32,000 bases of DNA from the NCBI GenBank assembly GCA_018266355.1, contig JAFEAP010000030.1, positions 9,481-41,480 of the forward strand, in the 5' to 3' direction. The notes beneath the pieces were generated by a model. The model ran no database searches, was not told the origin of the DNA, and was given only the letters and a program-made list of their open reading frames with translations. The position numbers were made by a program, and so were the translations under genes. Positions 24,793 through 32,000 of the stretch are shown here, piece by piece. The stretch comes from Bdellovibrionales bacterium (GTDB lineage Bacteria > Bdellovibrionota > UBA1018). Every line of letters begins with the position of its first letter. The stretch's first letter is position 1.

Positions 24793-26433
24793 CTAGAGGA
24801 TCAGCGAAGCCATCGGCATACCGACGAGCCATCCGCCCCAAGACTGGGAAAGGACGCGCGCGATTTGCGGGATGCGCTTCTGGGCGTCCTTTTCGGAGAG
24901 CCCTTTGAGTTCAGGGAAAAGGGTTTCGTACTTCTTCACGTCCCACTTGATCGCCCGTCCGGCGGTGAAATCGTGGTACGGCTTCGGCTTGCTCCAGGTT
25001 TTCTCGCCTTTCGCGTTCAGGACGGATTTCCCGTCCTTGTCCACGATCTCGACGGTCATCGTCCGGTTATAGGGAGCGGTATCGAAACCGTCCTTCAGCG
25101 GGAAGAGGTCGACGAGCGACTTCGGAGCGGAATGGTAGAAAGACGCGAGATCGATCTTCGCGCTCTCGTTCGAAACGACGGCGCTCGTGACCCCGTCGAC
25201 CTTGCTTCCGTCCTTCGCCGTATTCGAGTAAGTCTTGTCGACCGTCGTGACGTACGAAAGGTTATGCAGCCCCGTCGTCATCATGCGGGCGATCGGAGTC
25301 GTGCCGCGCGGATCGAGGAGGTTTCCGAACGTGCTCTCGTCGTTTTGGCGGCGGCGAAGCTCGGCCCAGCTATAAGAGGCTTCGGCGACCGCCCATTTCA
25401 GGTCGGCGTACGCGGAGTTCATCCAGCCTTGGCCGCCTTCGCGAAGATCGAAGAGCCCGGTCCGATTGTTCTGCGCGCGCAGGACGTCGAAACGCACGCG
25501 ATCGGTCGTGACTTCCGGGTTGTAGCGGAACGCGCTTCCGTAACCGAACTTCTTCGAAAGGGTGTCGATCGCGCTGAAGAGGCCGTTCAAGTTATAGGCG
25601 TTCAAGCTGCAAAGCGAGCTGAGCGCGTAGTGCACGTTCGAAAGCGCCGCGTGGCGCTCGGCTTCGCCCATCCGGATGAACCGGTCTTGGTCGCTGAAGA
25701 AGTCGGCGTCGGCGTAAAAGATCTTCGCGTCGAAATAGACGGTCTTGTTCGCGAAATTCAGCGCGTGGAGGCGATCGCGCGCCTTCCCGAGTTTCGGACG
25801 GACTTCGTTGTTCAAGAAGTCGTGGAATTCGAGCTCGTTCGTGATCGGTTTACCGGTCCCGGTGTTCGGGACGGTGAGGTACTTCATCCCCGCTTTCCAC
25901 TGGTCGGTCGGGAGGTAGGTCATCACGCCCGCTCCGACGGCGCGCAGGGTGGCCACGGCGCCGAGGCGCGTGATCGGCGTCGGCTCGATCCAGTCGATCG
26001 CGCGATTGAAGAAACCGTTGAACGCGATGAGCGGCGCCATTTGGGCGGCCGCGAACTTCGCGTCGTCGCCGAGCGTGTTGTAAAAGGCGTCGTTATCGAG
26101 ATCACGGAGAATCGAGTGGAGATCTTCCGGCGTCTTCGCGGCGAACACGCGTTTGCGAAGAGCGATGAAGGAATCCGAGAAGTTCGTGGTCTCGTTCCGC
26201 GACTCGGTGGTAGCGACTTTGCGCCCTCCGCGCTCCTCGGCGGCGGCGATCGCGGCCTGGTACTCTTCCGCGCTCGGCGGCGGCATCACTTCGGGGGCCG
26301 GGCCCGCCGGAGTGCTCTTCACCGTGGTTTTCGCGACGGTTTTCGCGACGGTTTTCGCGGTGGCGGCTCCGGCCGAAACGGCGAAACCGAGGAACAAAAA
26401 GGTCGCGAGCGAACGAGACGTGAATTTTTTCAT
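24793..26433 (-). CDS. Secreted hypothetical protein (no family recognised)
   Basis: I prefer the ATG at 26433 (MKKFTSRSLATFLFLGFAVSAGA signal peptide; GGAGAGGG RBS upstream), giving 546 aa. Composition is ordinary and not shadow-like. A short AKTV tandem repeat follows the signal peptide. I could not identify any catalytic motif. Confidence 0.65.
   Translation of the reverse strand: MKKFTSRSLATFLFLGFAVSAGAATAKTVAKTVAKTTVKSTPAGPAPEVMPPPSAEEYQAAIAAAEERGGRKVATTESRNETTNFSDSFIALRKRVFAAKTPEDLHSILRDLDNDAFYNTLGDDAKFAAAQMAPLIAFNGFFNRAIDWIEPTPITRLGAVATLRAVGAGVMTYLPTDQWKAGMKYLTVPNTGTGKPITNELEFHDFLNNEVRPKLGKARDRLHALNFANKTVYFDAKIFYADADFFSDQDRFIRMGEAERHAALSNVHYALSSLCSLNAYNLNGLFSAIDTLSKKFGYGSAFRYNPEVTTDRVRFDVLRAQNNRTGLFDLREGGQGWMNSAYADLKWAVAEASYSWAELRRRQNDESTFGNLLDPRGTTPIARMMTTGLHNLSYVTTVDKTYSNTAKDGSKVDGVTSAVVSNESAKIDLASFYHSAPKSLVDLFPLKDGFDTAPYNRTMTVEIVDKDGKSVLNAKGEKTWSKPKPYHDFTAGRAIKWDVKKYETLFPELKGLSEKDAQKRIPQIARVLSQSWGGWLVGMPMASLIL
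26322..26357. repeat. Imperfect 12-bp tandem repeat (about 3 copies, c(g/c)(a/g)(c/t)ggttttcg) inside the CDS, encoding AKTVAKTVAKTT
   Basis: Read directly from the sequence: ccgtggttttcg / cgacggttttcg / cgacggttttcg at 26322-26357. Confidence 0.6.
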
Positions 26434-26513
26434 CGAGAAAGCCCTCTCCATTGGCCTGCATAAATTTTGGAGGCCGGAGGAATAGTTTTCAACTTAAAAC
26501 AAAACCGAAGAGA

Positions 26514-28742
26514 ATGGTCCCCATGAGCGCCAAATCGTCGTTACCGCGGATCGAGCGCGCGATCCGTAAAATCCAGGCCGCCGCGGTCAAACGATCGACG
26601 CTTTGGCTCGTCGGACTCTCGGCCGTGATCCTTTTGGCGCTCGCCGGGGCCTCGCGACTCCAGACTCTCCTATCCATCGACGAGCTCATCGACTCCGACT
26701 TCCGCGCCTATGCACCCCTCGTCCAGCTCAAGGAAACGTTCAACGACAAGAACGACCTCCTCCTCGTCGTCTCCGGTCCGAATCGCGCGCCGAACCGGAA
26801 GGAACTTTGCGCGATTCAGAAATGGCTCCTCGACGAGGTCGACGGGAACTACCGCTTCCGCCGCATCGTGAGCGTCTACGGAATTCGGAAACCGAAGATG
26901 ATCGACGGCGGACTCAAGATCCCGCCCGTGCTCGACCTTCCCTGCGCGACGGACACTCCCGAGGCGGACGCGAAAGTCGCGTCCCAACTCGCCGAGCTTC
27001 GCGATTCGCCCTGGGGGCGCATCCTCACCTCTCGAAGCGGCGACGACGTCGCGCTCAGTTTCTACCTGAACGACACCGCGAAGGACCTTCGCTTCGGCGC
27101 CTTCGACGTCGGGATCGTGGCCGAGATCGAGAAGAGCTTCGACGAAAAAGTCGTCGCGAAGTTTCCCGGCCTGCGCGCGCGGTGGGCCGGCGTCGCGCCC
27201 CACCAGTATTACCTGAAAGAAGGGCTCGACCAGACGAATCTCCTGAATCTCGCGATGCCGGTCCTCGTCTGCTTCCTGTTCTGGCTCTTCTTCGCGAACG
27301 CTCGCACCGGAATCCTCTTCGTCGTCACGATCGCGATCGGGGGGATCCTCGTCTACGGCGCGATGGCCGTCTTTCACGCTCCCGTCGACGTGCTCGCGAA
27401 CACGCTCCTCCTCATGATCATGCTGAGTTCGCTCGAGGACTTTCTCTTCCTCGTCCACCACCACCAGGACGGAGAGCGCCCCTGGAGGGAGGCTTTCCGC
27501 CGCCTGCTCCTTCCCGGCTTTTTCACCTCGCTCACGACGGCCGTGGGCTTCGCTTCCCTCGGCATGTCGAACTTAGCGACGATCCGGCGATTCGGGGCCT
27601 TCGCCGCCTTCGCGGCCATGGTCGAATGGGCGCTCGTCTTCATCTTCCTTCCGGCGTTCCTCGATCGGTTCCCCCACTTCCGGTCCTGGCTCGTGCCTCG
27701 TTTTTCGGAACGCGGACGCCTCCACGGCTTCCTCTCCCGGCTCGCGCGCTTCCGGCTTCCGCGCGCGGTCGGATTCGCGCTCCTCGCCGTCTATGCCGCT
27801 TCCGGGTACGGCCTCACCCGGCTCCGGGTCAGCGACGCCCCCGCGAACATCTTTCCCGCGCATCACCCCGTGAGCGAAGCGCTCGAGTACCTGAAAGAGT
27901 CGCGTGGGTGGGAGTCCCAGGTGAGCCTCGTCTTCGCGAATTACTACCGCGAAAAGGAGAACCGCGCGGTCGAAAACGCGGTGGAAAAGCTTCCGAACGT
28001 CGTCGCGCTCGAAAGCCCGTACCGGATCGAGGACTACCTCGTCGCGGATCTGCCCGCGGACGAGACGGACCGGATGCACCGGTTCTGGAAGGAGGCGCCC
28101 GCCGCCGCTCGCTTCGTCGGCGCGGACAACTCGGCGCGCACGCTCGTCTATCTCCTCAAGACCGACACCGCCTCGATCGACGCCCTCTCGTCGGAAGTTA
28201 CCCGCCTCTGCCCCTCCGGCGAGTGTCACCTCGCCGGAACCCTCGTGGCCTATACCGAGTTCGGGGACCGGGTCCTCGCGACGCTACTCGAAAGTCTCGG
28301 CGTGAGCCTTTTTCTCGTCTCGATCGTCGTCGTCTACCTGCTCCGCGCGAAAGGGAATTCCGCCTATTTCTCGACCCTGCTTTCGCTCATGTGGGGACCG
28401 TTCGCCCTGATCTGCATCTTCTGGCTCTTCGACTTCCCGGTCACGTACGTGACCTGCACTTTCGCCTCGATCGTCGTCGGCATCGCGGGTGACAACACGA
28501 TCCAGTACCTCTTCGGCACCCGCCGGGGAACGATCGAAGGCGGTGTCGAACGCCAAGGACGCGCGTCGGTCCTCGTCACCCTCATGATGATGGGGCTTTC
28601 CGTCCTTTTCTACGGCTCGTACTTCGCGTCCGTCCGGTCGCTCGCGACGCTCTTCATCCTCGGGTTCGCGCTGACGCTCGTCGGCGACCTCTGGATCTTC
28701 AAGGGAATCCTGCCGAAGGCCGAAGACACGCCCCGGGCGTGA
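26514..28742 (+). CDS. MMPL/RND-superfamily (sterol-sensing-domain-type) membrane transporter, probable lipid/hydrophobic-compound exporter
   Basis: About 742 aa from the ATG at 26514 (the ORF-track TTG at 26451 adds an unlikely basic leader; the ATG at 26523 is also possible). The topology shows two repeats, each with 1 TM, a large soluble loop and 5 TM. Each half has a conserved charged-in-membrane segment (IMLSSLEDFLFLVHH; VVGIAGDNTIQYLFG), typical of MMPL/HpnN-like RND proteins. Confidence 0.8.
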   Translation: MVPMSAKSSLPRIERAIRKIQAAAVKRSTLWLVGLSAVILLALAGASRLQTLLSIDELIDSDFRAYAPLVQLKETFNDKNDLLLVVSGPNRAPNRKELCAIQKWLLDEVDGNYRFRRIVSVYGIRKPKMIDGGLKIPPVLDLPCATDTPEADAKVASQLAELRDSPWGRILTSRSGDDVALSFYLNDTAKDLRFGAFDVGIVAEIEKSFDEKVVAKFPGLRARWAGVAPHQYYLKEGLDQTNLLNLAMPVLVCFLFWLFFANARTGILFVVTIAIGGILVYGAMAVFHAPVDVLANTLLLMIMLSSLEDFLFLVHHHQDGERPWREAFRRLLLPGFFTSLTTAVGFASLGMSNLATIRRFGAFAAFAAMVEWALVFIFLPAFLDRFPHFRSWLVPRFSERGRLHGFLSRLARFRLPRAVGFALLAVYAASGYGLTRLRVSDAPANIFPAHHPVSEALEYLKESRGWESQVSLVFANYYREKENRAVENAVEKLPNVVALESPYRIEDYLVADLPADETDRMHRFWKEAPAAARFVGADNSARTLVYLLKTDTASIDALSSEVTRLCPSGECHLAGTLVAYTEFGDRVLATLLESLGVSLFLVSIVVVYLLRAKGNSAYFSTLLSLMWGPFALICIFWLFDFPVTYVTCTFASIVVGIAGDNTIQYLFGTRRGTIEGGVERQGRASVLVTLMMMGLSVLFYGSYFASVRSLATLFILGFALTLVGDLWIFKGILPKAEDTPRA

Positions 28743-29978
28743 TCAGTTCTCGAATTCCTTCCGGAGCTTCGCGAGACGGTCGAAGTCGATGGTGAGCAGA
28801 CGGGCCTTCTTCTCGCCCTTCACGCGCGCGACGAAATAGAGCGGCGAATCCGGCCGGTCGGAGACGTCGACGTGCTGGGCGTGGGTGTATTTCACCTCGT
28901 CTTCGTCGGAAAGCTTGATGAAGAGCGGGTCGTGGTCCGGGTGATCGAGCGAGATCACGCCGATCCCTTTTTTCCCCGTCAGTCCGTCCTTCGAATGGAA
29001 GAAGACCATATTCAATCCGGAGTGATAGGCCGGGTGCTTGTCGTAGATGTACGTGGAACCGAACTGCCCGAATTTGGCGTCCTTGCCGGTGACGAACACG
29101 GGCTCGCCGAACCTCACTTCTCCGTTCACGACGTCGATATCGACGTAGCCGATCCGCGCGATCTCCTCGCCCGTCTCGGCGATCTCACCCTGCTCGTGGA
29201 AGAAGATCGAAGGGAATTTCCGGCCCGGGCGCGTGCCCCAAGTCGGGTGTTTGTAGAGGTGGTTCCCCATGTAATAGGTCTGGGGACCTTTGATCGTCGT
29301 CCCCGACTCGAAGCGATAGACGTAGATGCCCTGCACGTCCTTGCTCGACTGAGTGTAGAAGGTCATGAGTTTCCCGTCCGGCGAAACGCGGGGGTGTTCG
29401 AGGAACGTCCCCTTCGGAAGCCCGAACGAGGCCGCGTCGTAGGTCGCGAGTTTCTCGCCGTCGCGGTAAACGCTGATTACGGAGTGATATCCGCGCGGCT
29501 CCCATTCGCCGGTCTGAAAGAAATCCCAAGTCGTCTTGATGATCGCGCCGAATCGATATTCGAGTTCGCACGCGATAACGTCGCCGTTCGGTGCGAACGA
29601 GCCTTTCACGAAGATATTCAAGAGCGGCTTCTTGATCCGCTTGCCCATATCGGCGGGATTCGTCAGGTCCTTCATGTAGAGCTCGGTGGGCGGCATCTTG
29701 TCGCTCCACTGGCTCCCGTTCACGAGCACCTTCGTGCCCTCCGCGTTCACGACGGGCGACTCTTTCGCGTCGCCGCCCATCTCGATGACGTCGACGCCCT
29801 TTTTGATCTTCTCTTGCTGATACCGGACCTTCGTCTCGCTCGCGACGCTCTTCTTCGCGAGTTCGGTGCACTCGCCCGCGAGGGCCGGGCGTACCGTCGA
29901 CGGATAAGCGGTGAACGCCAAGACGCCGAGGACGAGGACGGAAGTTTTCTTCATGCTTAAATCGTAAGGTAGCTTCAT
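28743..29978 (-). CDS. Secreted beta-propeller-like protein (TolB/DPP-IV N-terminal-like repeats); function unknown
   Basis: 411 aa. Signal peptide: MKKTSVLVLGVLAFTAYPSTVRPALA. It has beta-rich repeats including RVSPDGKLMTFY and SFAPNGDVIA. The ATG at 29978 forms ATGA with the upstream stop; the alternative ATG at 29954 gives a cleaner signal-peptide N-terminus. Confidence 0.6.
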   Translation of the reverse strand: MKLPYDLSMKKTSVLVLGVLAFTAYPSTVRPALAGECTELAKKSVASETKVRYQQEKIKKGVDVIEMGGDAKESPVVNAEGTKVLVNGSQWSDKMPPTELYMKDLTNPADMGKRIKKPLLNIFVKGSFAPNGDVIACELEYRFGAIIKTTWDFFQTGEWEPRGYHSVISVYRDGEKLATYDAASFGLPKGTFLEHPRVSPDGKLMTFYTQSSKDVQGIYVYRFESGTTIKGPQTYYMGNHLYKHPTWGTRPGRKFPSIFFHEQGEIAETGEEIARIGYVDIDVVNGEVRFGEPVFVTGKDAKFGQFGSTYIYDKHPAYHSGLNMVFFHSKDGLTGKKGIGVISLDHPDHDPLFIKLSDEDEVKYTHAQHVDVSDRPDSPLYFVARVKGEKKARLLTIDFDRLAKLRKEFEN

Positions 29979-30889
29979 ACGGAGGTCACCCGAAAGGCGC
30001 CGTCAGATTCCAGTCGCTCGAAGAGCTCCCGGTAATTCACTTTCTCGAACATCTCGCGCAGCCGCGCCATCCGGGCGCCGAGAGTGGTCCCGAAGTCGAG
30101 GTCCGCGAAAAGCCGTTTCCGCTCCTCCGACGAAAGCGGTTTCCCCGTCGCGTCGAACGCGGCCGGGATCCAATGCGCCGTTTCGAACGAACGGATGAAC
30201 CGCCGGGAAAGCTCGAAGATCTGGTCGGCGGTCTCGGCGTCGGGCCGTTTCGCCTTGGCGAGGACGAGGCCCGCGCCGTGGTGCCGGGATTCGTCGCGGA
30301 GGATCGACGCGAGCGAAGTCTTCAGTCCCGCGTCCATGCAGGTCTCCTTGAGCCCCGAGTAGTGGGCGATTCCGAAGCCTTCGAGGAGGACCTGGATCAC
30401 GAAGACGAGCGTATCGCGTCCGCCCCACTCGATCGCCTCGGCGAGCGCGGGAAGGACGGGATGGAAATGCGACGTCGTGTTCGGTGTGAACCACATCTCG
30501 TTCATGAACATCCGGAGATGGGTCGCCTCCTCGTTCGCGAAGAGCGCGTAGAGCGTCTTCTCCTCGAGCGTGCTCGAGGTTTGGATCATTTTCGCCGCGT
30601 ACTCGTGGCCGGACTTCTCGATGAAATACGAGAGCGAGAGGTTCAACTCGGTGAGGCGGACGAGGACGGCGTGCTGCTCCTCGGGCGCGAGGCGCGCGTA
30701 GATCGCGGATTTCTGGAGGTGGAAGCGCTCGGCGCCCCAGCAAACCTTCGGCGCCGTGGTCCGGCGCGATTCCACTCCCCGCGCGGCGAAGGAAGCGTCG
30801 ACGATCGCCCCGAGCGGGTGATCGGACGAGAGGTGCGGAGTATCGAGGATCCGACTAAGCGTTTCCGTGGTTTCGTTCCCGAAGGGCAT
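29975..30889 (-). CDS. Ferritin-like diiron-carboxylate protein (putative oxygenase/desaturase-type enzyme)
   Basis: 304 aa. There are two copies of the E-x29-E-x2-H diiron ligand pattern: E91...E121-A-T-H124 (FANEEATH) and E170...E200-S-R-H203 (LRDESRHH). The rest is predicted all-helical. There is no signal peptide. Confidence 0.7.
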   Translation of the reverse strand: MPFGNETTETLSRILDTPHLSSDHPLGAIVDASFAARGVESRRTTAPKVCWGAERFHLQKSAIYARLAPEEQHAVLVRLTELNLSLSYFIEKSGHEYAAKMIQTSSTLEEKTLYALFANEEATHLRMFMNEMWFTPNTTSHFHPVLPALAEAIEWGGRDTLVFVIQVLLEGFGIAHYSGLKETCMDAGLKTSLASILRDESRHHGAGLVLAKAKRPDAETADQIFELSRRFIRSFETAHWIPAAFDATGKPLSSEERKRLFADLDFGTTLGARMARLREMFEKVNYRELFERLESDGAFRVTSV

Positions 30890-31526
30890 AGCTCTCTCCG
30901 TCTCCGACCTTCATGTTCGGATAGAGGCCGGCTCCGGCCTCGATGTGCGCGCGGGCTCCGATCCGCACTCCCGGACCGACGTGCGCGGAATACGACACCA
31001 TGGCGTCCGCGCCGACGGTGATCTTCTTCACGAAAAGAAGATACCGGTCGTCCGTTTTCTTGAGCGCGTGCGCGCTCAGGTAGCTCCGGTTCCCGAAGAA
31101 GGCGCGATCGCCGACTTCGAGGTGGCCGCGGTCCACGATCTGGCACTCCGCGGTCCAATTCACCTTCTTCCCTATGCGCGAGCCCCAGAGCCGGAGCCAC
31201 GCGCTGTAGAGCCCCGGCACGAGGCGAAGCGCGCGCTCGAACGTCGGGAAACTCGTGTAGAAGGACTGGAGGTTATAATAGAGGAACCAGAGGTTCCCCC
31301 CCTTGGCCCGCTTGCCGATCCGGAAAACGCCTTCGGGCGTCGGGCCGAACAGGGCCTTCAGCGCGGTCCAAACCAAGGGCGAAAGGAGATAGGCCGAGAA
31401 GACGAGCCGCGCGCCGTTCACGGCGTCGGGCGAACGCACGAGCCGCACGACGTCCGTCGCGACGAGGATTCCCTGCGCCGCCGGATAGAACGCGAAGATC
31501 GATTCGAGCGCCTTCGGTACCCTCAC
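30855..31526 (-). CDS. Membrane-associated left-handed beta-helix (hexapeptide-repeat) acyl/acetyltransferase
   Basis: I propose the GTG at 31526 as the start (GAGAGG RBS overlapping the upstream stop at 31538-31540), giving 223 aa. The upstream part of the tracked ORF (to 31838) is Arg-rich and overlaps the HDO gene out of frame. There is an N-terminal hydrophobic helix (ARLVFSAYLLSPLVWTALKALFG). The C-terminal hexapeptide-like repeats are VGDRAFFGNRSYL, ITVGADAMVSYSAHVGPGVRIGARAHIEAGAGL. Confidence 0.6.
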   Translation of the reverse strand: MRVPKALESIFAFYPAAQGILVATDVVRLVRSPDAVNGARLVFSAYLLSPLVWTALKALFGPTPEGVFRIGKRAKGGNLWFLYYNLQSFYTSFPTFERALRLVPGLYSAWLRLWGSRIGKKVNWTAECQIVDRGHLEVGDRAFFGNRSYLSAHALKKTDDRYLLFVKKITVGADAMVSYSAHVGPGVRIGARAHIEAGAGLYPNMKVGDGESYALRERNHGNA

Positions 31527-31537
31527 CGTCCCGCCTC

Positions 31538-32000
31538 TCAGTTCGTCAGGAACGGATAGCGGGCGGTATCGCCCTCTTTGATCGCGAGGAAGCGCTCGAA
31601 GACCTCGTCGAGCATCCGAGCGGTGAGTTTCAGCGACTGGACCATGCATTCTTCGATCGCGTTCCAATCCTCTTCCGTTTTCGCGAATCGCTCGATCGTT
31701 TCCTTCACCACGCGGGCATGCGTCTCGTCGATGCTCGAGTGCTCGCGGAAGAAGGTCATCGCCTTGTCGGGAACGCCGAGGCCCTGCGAGATCATCCCGA
31801 GCAGCGGCTGGATGTAGGCGTACGATTGCTCGGCCCAATAACTGTAGCCGAGGCGCGCGAGAGGGTTCCCTTCGCGGGCGGTCCGGTAGAGGGAATCGAT
31901 CAGCGTTTGGGTCGAAGGCAGCGGCGCCGGGAGGTCCGCCTCGGCGAGCGTCGGATAACCGAGGTTCCGCAAGTCGTGGAACGCCATCAGCTCGTGGCCG
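31538..32000 (-). CDS. Heme-oxygenase-like diiron oxidase/oxygenase (HDO; 'iron-containing redox enzyme family'), C-terminal part; the gene probably starts beyond the right edge
   Basis: The frame stays open to position 32000 (...GHEL upstream of the tracked Met at 31987). The sequence is all-helical and contains H-x3-D-x2-H (REHSSIDETHARV, 31718-31741). This is the C-terminal metal-ligand motif seen in UndA/CADD/SznF/BesC-type HDO enzymes. 149 aa would be too short for the family, which supports truncation by the window edge. Confidence 0.6.
   Translation of the reverse strand, partial: GHELMAFHDLRNLGYPTLAEADLPAPLPSTQTLIDSLYRTAREGNPLARLGYSYWAEQSYAYIQPLLGMISQGLGVPDKAMTFFREHSSIDETHARVVKETIERFAKTEEDWNAIEECMVQSLKLTARMLDEVFERFLAIKEGDTARYPFLTN

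Noticed and set aside
24865-28492. Long alternative-frame ORFs 24865..26463 (+), 26603..28492 (+), 26670..27464 (-) and 27573..28229 (-)
   Set aside because: These are Arg/Pro/Glu-rich shadows of the secreted-protein and MMPL genes. The MMPL frame shows coherent TM topology.
1-32000. tRNA, rRNA, IS/transposase, integrase, CRISPR and prophage signatures
   Set aside because: The intergenic space is limited to five short gaps (80-106 bp each), none with a tRNA-like cloverleaf or terminal inverted repeats. No ORF shows transposase or integrase motifs.

Overview
This is a GC-rich, densely coding bacterial chromosomal window. I support about 22 protein genes in roughly 7 transcription units. I recognised no rRNA, tRNA, CRISPR array, IS element or prophage signature. 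Many long ORFs in the six-frame track are Arg/Pro/Gly/Ala-rich antisense or out-of-frame shadows of the real genes, which is typical of high-GC DNA, and I rejected them.

Layout from start to end:
1. Minus-strand operon (5050 to 1): secreted thioredoxin-fold/NHL-repeat protein, type-III-fold PLP enzyme, FAD-linked ALO/GULO-family oxidase, and a neutral ceramidase that runs off the window edge. The junctions are very tight (4 nt gap, 12 nt gap, ATGA overlap).
2. Plus strand: a membrane-anchored alpha/beta hydrolase.
3. A long minus-strand array (24373 to 6331). It starts with a fused PurS-PurS-PurL-like protein and a PurQ-like protein, both of which appear to have lost canonical FGAM-synthase catalytic residues. 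These are followed by AddB-like and AddA-like helicase-nuclease subunits. After a structured 105 bp spacer comes a partial adventurous-gliding (Glt G1-type) cluster: OM beta-barrel, two secreted TPR proteins (AglT/GltE-like and AgmU/GltD-like), a small membrane protein, and an FHA/TonB-like protein with an AgmX/PglI C-terminal domain.
4. A small DUF3820-like gene, followed by a bidirectional terminator.
5. An orphan secreted 546-aa protein, divergent from an MMPL/RND-type transporter.
6. Minus-strand cluster (32000 to 28743): heme-oxygenase-like diiron enzyme (partial), membrane hexapeptide acyltransferase, ferritin-like diiron protein and a secreted TolB-like beta-propeller.

The most interesting signals are the apparently catalytically degenerate PurSL/PurQ-like pair, which is translationally coupled to addBA, and the double-diiron/acyltransferase/MMPL cluster at the right end. 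The Glt-like genes suggest a Bdellovibrionota or Myxococcota-like host; this is inference only.
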